Assembly (NCBI GenBank): GCA_049288015.1
Contig: JBAQGX010000003.1
Coordinates: forward strand, 55,662-119,661
DNA: 64,000 nucleotides
Source of the DNA: Candidatus Nanoarchaeia archaeon
GTDB lineage: Archaea > Nanobdellota > Nanobdellia > Pacearchaeales > GW2011-AR1
Reading direction: 5' to 3'
Shown: positions 58,380-64,000 of the stretch, in pieces
Layout: the number at the start of each line of letters is the position of its first letter
Numbering within the stretch: the stretch's first letter is position 1
The notes under the pieces: model-generated
What the model was told of the DNA's origin: nothing
The model's input: only the letters and a program-made list of their open reading frames with translations
Database searches by the model: none
Made by a program: the position numbers and the translations under genes

Positions 58380-58897
58380 GTTCCTTGGTATGTTACAATT
58401 ATTTTTGCAAGATTGCATTCTATAGATCCATTAATTGAATATCCACATAAAGAAACAATGTTTGAAGTTCCTGTTCCGTTGTTTGTTGGTATTAATGTTA
58501 TTTTATTACAATTTGGAAAATTTGAGATAGTACACTCGACATTATCTGTTTGCGGATATACGGTTCTTATTTGAATACCTTGAACTCCCCAGAAAGTTCC
58601 GTTGCCATATATTTTCAAATTATTCTCCAAACTTATAACTTTGTCCACATCAATGCACGAGCTCATTCCAGTTCCAAAATAGTTACTAAAACTATCCCCA
58701 CATGAAAACTCGGGAGAATCTGAAATCTTTGAAACTAAAAGTTGAGCATTATCTTGCTGTAAGACTGATGCTTTTTGTTTTAGCCCATTTACTGAAGTAA
58801 CCAGGACAAACATTCCCGCCAGGACAAAGAATAATGTTACCGCAATAAGCATAAAAGTCATCTGTTGGATTTTCAATTGACCTTTTTTTGTTTTCAT
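58376..58897 (-). CDS. prepilin-like protein with class III signal peptide
   Basis: The start was chosen at MKTKKGQLKIQQMTFMLIAVTLFFVL. The ORF-track start at 58933 would overlap the upstream gene by 35 nt. Confidence 0.55.
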   Translation of the reverse strand: MKTKKGQLKIQQMTFMLIAVTLFFVLAGMFVLVTSVNGLKQKASVLQQDNAQLLVSKISDSPEFSCGDSFSNYFGTGMSSCIDVDKVISLENNLKIYGNGTFWGVQGIQIRTVYPQTDNVECTISNFPNCNKITLIPTNNGTGTSNIVSLCGYSINGSIECNLAKIIVTYQGT

Positions 58898-58898
58898 T

Positions 58899-59825
58899 TT
58901 ACCAAAGTTTGCATGTTGAAGCATCATTTTCATTTTGAAGTTGACTTGTAAGAGGTATTAGGTTGATCATGTCTTGAGAATTTTGGAATGAGTTTAACAT
59001 CGAGTTTAATTGCATAAGATCTGGATTAGGAGTACATGACTGGATTGCATTAGATTTTTCAATATACAATGAGGAGAGCTCTGCATCTCTTTCCATTAAT
59101 CTTTTTAATTGACATTCATAAATACTGCTATCTGAGAAAATAGCGCCATACATTAAGGCGTCACCATAAAAGTTTAATGTGCTCCCATTTTTTGTTACCT
59201 CTTCTCTAGTGTAATCAACATTGATATCGCAATTGCTTCCAGAGAAGCAAACTTTTATGCTATTCTGGGGACAGTTTGTTGTATCATTGGTTAATCTGAT
59301 ATTGCCTTCGTTAAGATTTGACAATTCTTCCTGTATACTCTGAGGAGAATTAACAAAACAATAATCTACAGAAGATGAGGTCATATATATTAAATCAGAA
59401 ACTTCAAAAGGAAAACTAAATGGCTTTGAAAAAAGATAAAATTGTCTTCCGTCAGAAACATTATCCGAAAAAATGTATTTATCTCCAAATGTTACTCCGT
59501 TAGTTTGAGGAGACCATTTCCCTAAGCTTAACTGTGATAAGCTAAGTATTTGCAATCCAAAAGTCCCACTAAAATTTTCACATTGATTGTATATTCTTGT
59601 TTCCACTGGCAAACTTATTGAAGTAATCTGTCCTGATTGGAAACTTGTTTGAAGAGGATTAAGAAGGGCCGCAATTTCACTTCCTGCCTCAGCAGTAGTT
59701 GAAGATTGTCCAATATTCATTATTCTTGTTACCGTAAAAATTGCAATTGCAAGAATAATAGCACCTGCAATAATTCCAAACAGCCAGGCAAATGAAATTT
59801 CTAAAAATCCTCTTTTATTCTTCAT
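58899..59825 (-). CDS. prepilin-like protein with class III signal peptide (larger, 308 aa)
   Basis: It starts MKNKRGFLEISFAWLFGIIAGAIILAIAIF, with a KRG cleavage-site context and a hydrophobic N-terminal helix. Confidence 0.6.
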   Translation of the reverse strand: MKNKRGFLEISFAWLFGIIAGAIILAIAIFTVTRIMNIGQSSTTAEAGSEIAALLNPLQTSFQSGQITSISLPVETRIYNQCENFSGTFGLQILSLSQLSLGKWSPQTNGVTFGDKYIFSDNVSDGRQFYLFSKPFSFPFEVSDLIYMTSSSVDYCFVNSPQSIQEELSNLNEGNIRLTNDTTNCPQNSIKVCFSGSNCDINVDYTREEVTKNGSTLNFYGDALMYGAIFSDSSIYECQLKRLMERDAELSSLYIEKSNAIQSCTPNPDLMQLNSMLNSFQNSQDMINLIPLTSQLQNENDASTCKLW

Positions 59826-59828
59826 TTT

Positions 59829-60260
59829 CTAATGTACTGTTACTAATGTGTCTCCAAAATTTTTCTGAAGAATTAGATTCACATTGCCATTCACTACAGG
59901 GAAGCATGAATTACTACTTGAAGTTATTGCGCTTATATTAAGATTTTCTATGTTTCCTCCGGGAGCACTATATCCGTTAGCACCATTGAGAACAACATCG
60001 TCTCCATTCGTATTAACAAAACAAACTTCTTTTATTGAACTAGGAAGACTGTAAGATTTTGTTTGGCTTGACTGATCAGAATTCCATACTACGTTGACAT
60101 CTTTCTGAAGATTGTCCGAGAATTGGCTTATTTTTACGCTATCTTGCAAACCCAAGAACTTTTGTATCACAAAAAAAGCAAATCCTATAAAGACAATTAT
60201 GAGCACTATGGAGAAAATCATACCAAACGAAAGCTGGATCTGCCCCCTTTTGTTTCTCAT
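59829..60260 (-). CDS. prepilin-like protein with class III signal peptide
   Basis: It starts MRNKRGQIQLSFGMIFSIVLIIVF, resembling euryarchaeal type IV pilins of the RGQ-ISLEF type. Confidence 0.6.
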   Translation of the reverse strand: MRNKRGQIQLSFGMIFSIVLIIVFIGFAFFVIQKFLGLQDSVKISQFSDNLQKDVNVVWNSDQSSQTKSYSLPSSIKEVCFVNTNGDDVVLNGANGYSAPGGNIENLNISAITSSSNSCFPVVNGNVNLILQKNFGDTLVTVH

Positions 60261-60292
60261 TCAATAAATAAATTAAATAAGCTTATAAATTT

Positions 60293-62740
60293 TTAGAAAT
60301 TAATTGAAGAAGGATTTAATATAATACTACATGCATTCTGAGGCTGATTTCCAAATTGGTCTTCACACTTTATATAATAAGTCTGATCAGAAACCCATCC
60401 AGTGCTATGAGTTATATTGTCAAGAGTTGTCAATGGAATTCCTTGACTGAATGGATATGTACAATCGACAATATCATAAACACAGTTCCCTGCTCTATCT
60501 GTTTCTATATTTAATGTGTTTGTTCCTGAGTCATGATAAGCTCTTACAACATTTGGAGGAGTCGTAATTGACTGTACATTAAAGTTTATACTAGAATAAT
60601 CCGCGTCTCCTGCAAAGTCGACACACTTTAAATAGTAAGTATAATTGCCAGGAGTAAGCCATAAATCCTGTGTGCTCTGATAAGAAGTAGTATTTGAGAA
60701 CTGCATATAGGTACTCTCATCAGGATTAGTGCTATAATAACATGTGGAACTTCCGGAATTATATCCTCCTGAAGTCTGAAGGTTCAGTGTAACATCAATA
60801 TTTGTCGTTGATCCTGTAATCGTTGTCTGATTAGGGCTTGCGGAAGTAATAGACAACTGACTGCTTGATCCTGATAAGACAAAAGGATAAGACTGCTGAT
60901 TTATATTGCCATTAGTGTCGTTACATCTGAAGTAGAAATTACTTGTAGCTCCATTAACTATTCCAGTAAGATTTGCAATACAAGAGAATAATCCTAATGG
61001 AGTTGGAGCAGCACGACAGGACATATTGTTTGGCATACTTTGATAGCTTTGGTCTGTGTGACTCCATCTACATCCGGTAACTTGCTTATTTATGAAAACA
61101 GAAACATCGGTTGAAAATGTTCCAAAGGATATTGGAGTTCCTGTTGCAGGCGATGTAGATACAATACTTGGGGGAGTTACATCTGGAGTCTGATCTGCAT
61201 TGAATTGTATAACATATGCTCCTGTATCAGAAGCATTGTTTACATTGTTACATCTTATGTAATAATCTGTCTGCCCACTTTGTTGTACACTTAAACTAGT
61301 TCCAGTTTGATTCTTGAAAACGGGAATTTCAAAGGTGTGATTATATGTTCCATCAGGATTCCTTATACCCCATGTACCTTCATTTCCATTTATTCCGCCG
61401 TCCGTTCCAATCAAGAAACCTGTTGCAGTCATGTTAGCATAAGAATTTCCCCTTATAGGACTAACCATACACTGGGCTGCTTGATCAGTCTGTATCCCAA
61501 GAGATAGTATAGTATAAGGAGATATGTTTGGAGTTATCAAAACTCCCGTATCTCCAGGATATGAAGGAGCAGGCATAGGCTTGTAGTTAAGGGTATTTCC
61601 ATTAGATAAAGATAATACATTTCCCAAGAAAGTTATAACAGGTTGTGGTGCATTTTGATTTGTTGCAATACAAATTGGTTGCCCATTTTGTCCTGCATTT
61701 ATTAGTTCACATGCTGTTCCTAAACTTGCACATTCATATGCTGTACAAGTTAGTCCATTCTTTCCACATTTGCTGCAATCACTTCCACCATAAGGTGCTT
61801 GCCAAGGAACACATTGAATGACAACAGCATCATCTTTTGTATCTTGTGAAAATATTAAATAAGCTGCGACTACAATTATAGCTGTTGTTCCTCCCACTAT
61901 CCATCCTAAAGGTCCAGCAGCAACTGTACCTATTCCTGCAGGGAATATTTCTGCAGCAAGAACTCCAGTGAATGTTCCTGCAGTAAAGGCTAATTGCGCC
62001 CCTGTAAGAATAGAATCCCATGTGCTTCCCGGAGCTGCATTAACCCAAAGCTTGATGAGTGAAATTACTCCCAAAACTGCTACCGCTGCACCGGCTGCCA
62101 CACCAATTGCTATGGTGAGTGCCCAAACTCCTCCCCAAAGAGTTTGCCCAGTAAATAAAGTTGTTAGTGGTGCTGCTGCAGTTGCTGTTCCTGCAGGTAA
62201 TCCTGATGCAGACCCAGAGAGATAGGCACTAGCGGGCAATCCATTTGTTGTTGCTGGGGGTACATAGGGGGTTGTAGCTGCTGCAGGTAATCCCGTTGTT
62301 TCACTTCCAGACAATGATGTGGCTCCTGGTGATGATACAGGTGTACGGGCCGGAGCTCCTCCCGGGAGATATCTAGATCCAGATGAAGCAAGGGATCCCA
62401 CCTGCGATATTTCAGATAATACACTAGATATCTGTGTGGATAATCCTGCTGTAGATGAAGGAGGAGGGCTTGATGGTGCTGCACTAGGAGGAGTCGTTGC
62501 TGCAGGAGGTGAAGGTAAAGTATTTTCTGTAGTAGTACAATATCCAGTACCAGCACTAACTATATAGCAAAATTCACCCGTTGAACATCCTGAACTATCG
62601 TGACAAGCATTGCCTACGACAGCAGAAACTACACCAACTTCGCTTCCGATAGCATAAGAAACTGAAACAATTCCAATTAGTAATATTAAAATCTGGCTCA
62701 AGGCCATTCCCACCGATTTCTTATAAAATATTTTTTTCAT
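60293..62740 (-). CDS. large polytopic Cys-rich surface protein with mucin-like P/S/T/A linker
   Basis: 815 aa. The layout is an N-terminal anchor, a small Cys knot, an approximately 150-aa P/S/T/A low-complexity linker, 3 TM helices and a roughly 500-aa Cys/Asn-rich C-terminal ectodomain. Confidence 0.55.
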   Translation of the reverse strand: MKKIFYKKSVGMALSQILILLIGIVSVSYAIGSEVGVVSAVVGNACHDSSGCSTGEFCYIVSAGTGYCTTTENTLPSPPAATTPPSAAPSSPPPSSTAGLSTQISSVLSEISQVGSLASSGSRYLPGGAPARTPVSSPGATSLSGSETTGLPAAATTPYVPPATTNGLPASAYLSGSASGLPAGTATAAAPLTTLFTGQTLWGGVWALTIAIGVAAGAAVAVLGVISLIKLWVNAAPGSTWDSILTGAQLAFTAGTFTGVLAAEIFPAGIGTVAAGPLGWIVGGTTAIIVVAAYLIFSQDTKDDAVVIQCVPWQAPYGGSDCSKCGKNGLTCTAYECASLGTACELINAGQNGQPICIATNQNAPQPVITFLGNVLSLSNGNTLNYKPMPAPSYPGDTGVLITPNISPYTILSLGIQTDQAAQCMVSPIRGNSYANMTATGFLIGTDGGINGNEGTWGIRNPDGTYNHTFEIPVFKNQTGTSLSVQQSGQTDYYIRCNNVNNASDTGAYVIQFNADQTPDVTPPSIVSTSPATGTPISFGTFSTDVSVFINKQVTGCRWSHTDQSYQSMPNNMSCRAAPTPLGLFSCIANLTGIVNGATSNFYFRCNDTNGNINQQSYPFVLSGSSSQLSITSASPNQTTITGSTTNIDVTLNLQTSGGYNSGSSTCYYSTNPDESTYMQFSNTTSYQSTQDLWLTPGNYTYYLKCVDFAGDADYSSINFNVQSITTPPNVVRAYHDSGTNTLNIETDRAGNCVYDIVDCTYPFSQGIPLTTLDNITHSTGWVSDQTYYIKCEDQFGNQPQNACSIILNPSSINF

Positions 62741-64000
62741 TTAGCCATAAGAGGGTTTCCCCAAAAGTATTTTGAATAAATCATTCATTCCATTTGTTCC
62801 ACTAGTCCCAATATAATTCACGCTTACACCGCAATCTCCGATAGAAGAACAGATATTAGATACACTTGATGCCCATGGTTGTGATAAACTCTCACCATTA
62901 TCTAAACAAACAACATCATTTGCAGGTGAAATAGCCCAAGGAGCGTTGAATATGCTTGCTCCTTTACTTCTCGTATAATTCTCGTAACAAACCATACTCC
63001 CCATAAAACACAAATCCTTTGCACTTGGGCCTTGTATATTCAAATTGCCTGAAGAGCTTAGTAGTCCATTTACAGAAATATCAAATCCAGGAGTATACTT
63101 CGGAACACATGAAGCTCCAGGTCTTGGATCTAGTGCTCTTGATGTATCATCTTGTCTTGGAACTAAGATATCATTTACACTGTCATAAACATAAGGTAAT
63201 CCCGTTGAATTATCTTTTAAGATGCTATACCCAATAATCCATTGACAATCTCTTGTAGTATTATCCAAACAAGACTTACTGCTGTTTTGATAATAACAAT
63301 CTTGCCATCTGTTCAAAGTAAGATAAGAACTGAAGTACCCATTTGAAGTTTCATTTTGGACACATACTTTCTGTCTGGCATCATATGTTTCTGTTGTGAT
63401 TTCTCCATTCTGACATATGAATAAAGTATCAACATTTCCAGGTAAATCTAAAGATTTGTTAAAAGTCACTGTATCAGGAAGGGTGTAACTTACAGAACCA
63501 GTACCAAAACCATTATTCCCGCTTCCGCTTTGTCCTGGCGTCGAAGATGAACTTGAACCAGGATCTCCTCCGAACACAAGATTCCCGTTAGACTCTGTTC
63601 CACACCAACTTTCTCCATTAACGGGATATTGAAGAATTTGATTTGACTGTCTTTGAGTTCCGTAAGTTTGAACAAATTGTGGGACAAAGGTCCCGCTCTT
63701 GCAATTTAAATCTCTGCATATGTAATCTCCAATTGCAGGCTTACTACTATCTATTGTTGGATCATATTTCATGCATGTGCTTCCAGCAAGATAATTACAA
63801 TTACCATTACTTGCAGATTCTACATCTCCAGCATTATCGCTATCTGGAGCTGATGCTACTAAATAATCCCAATAACTTTCATTAGTATACTGCTTCTGAT
63901 CATATATGTTAGCAGTGTTTCCGCAGCTATCGATATAGAATATCTGATCTGAGGCAGATGAACAAGTCGTTTCTTGCGTCTTTACACAATTTGTTCCTAG
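62741..64000 (-). CDS. Cys-rich secreted protein, 5'-partial (N-terminus outside window)
   Basis: The frame is open to the window edge; the ORF-track M at 63772 is internal. It has more than 25 Cys, sequons and a G/S-rich linker. Its stop abuts the start of the 815-aa gene. Confidence 0.5.
   Translation of the reverse strand, partial: LGTNCVKTQETTCSSASDQIFYIDSCGNTANIYDQKQYTNESYWDYLVASAPDSDNAGDVESASNGNCNYLAGSTCMKYDPTIDSSKPAIGDYICRDLNCKSGTFVPQFVQTYGTQRQSNQILQYPVNGESWCGTESNGNLVFGGDPGSSSSSTPGQSGSGNNGFGTGSVSYTLPDTVTFNKSLDLPGNVDTLFICQNGEITTETYDARQKVCVQNETSNGYFSSYLTLNRWQDCYYQNSSKSCLDNTTRDCQWIIGYSILKDNSTGLPYVYDSVNDILVPRQDDTSRALDPRPGASCVPKYTPGFDISVNGLLSSSGNLNIQGPSAKDLCFMGSMVCYENYTRSKGASIFNAPWAISPANDVVCLDNGESLSQPWASSVSNICSSIGDCGVSVNYIGTSGTNGMNDLFKILLGKPSYG

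Noticed and set aside
61830-62567. A cluster of ORFs on both strands (61830-62021, 61968-62225, 62164-62556, 62319-62567) with Q/L/H-rich or A/P/G-rich products.
   Set aside because: They lie within the P/S/T/A low-complexity linker of the 815-aa surface protein. GC-rich repetitive codons leave several frames stop-free. Only the long minus frame has coherent domain structure.
1-64000. A search for CRISPR arrays, transposases, integrases, tRNA-flanked islands and long direct repeats.
   Set aside because: I saw no regularly spaced direct repeats, and no transposase or integrase signatures such as DDE or tyrosine-recombinase R..HxxR..Y motifs. tRNAs are not flanked by repeats of their 3' ends.

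Overview
The window is an AT-rich, gene-dense archaeal chromosome segment. Compact ribosomal proteins, some with K/E-rich extensions, and the gene content suggest a DPANN-like lineage. I could not run any searches. Protein calls come from reading the six-frame translations against motifs I know, and tRNA calls from folding by eye. The window contains five blocks and five tRNAs. (1) 1-2950: two tRNAs, then secF and secD. (2) 2978-20212: a roughly 17 kb surface-glycan (agl/N-glycosylation-like) island. It holds a flippase, four GT4 glycosyltransferases, a DegT aminotransferase, GDP-mannose 4,6-dehydratase, two SDR reductase/epimerases, O- and C-methyltransferase-like genes, WecB and an AglH-like GlcNAc-1-P transferase. 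Embedded in it is a complete sulfate-activation and transfer module: ATP sulfurylase fused to an N-terminal pyruvate-kinase-like domain, APS kinase, and a divergently transcribed sulfotransferase. (3) 20278-34781: the archaeal ribosomal superoperon L3 to L15 then secY, followed by a DUF106 YidC-like gene, prefoldin alpha and a SpoIIM-like gene. There is no Rpp29 and no adk/cmk. uL29 was missed by the ORF track and is recovered here. (4) 34868-49127: information-processing and division genes. These are an XPD-like helicase, P1/P0/L1 displaced from L11, eL40 (recovered), aIF5A, FKBP, ftsZ, secE, spt5, L11, eL43, rpoP (recovered), prefoldin beta and sepF, plus three more tRNAs. (5) 49230-64000: a cell-envelope island. 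It holds a C-terminally anchored surface protein, a PAP2 phosphatase, a small archaeosortase-like polytopic protein, DedA, two type-II anchored proteins and a large GC-biased S-layer-like gene with a strong SD and T-tract terminator. A wHTH regulator follows, then four tandem prepilin-like genes with conserved M[KR]NK[KR][GA] class-III signal peptides, and two large Cys-rich surface proteins, one with a mucin-like P/S/T/A linker, the other truncated by the window end. I see no CRISPR array, transposase or integrase. The leads I would chase first are the PK-like/ATP-sulfurylase fusion with its PAPS/sulfotransferase glycan module, and the pilin/giant-surface-protein/archaeosortase-like envelope locus.
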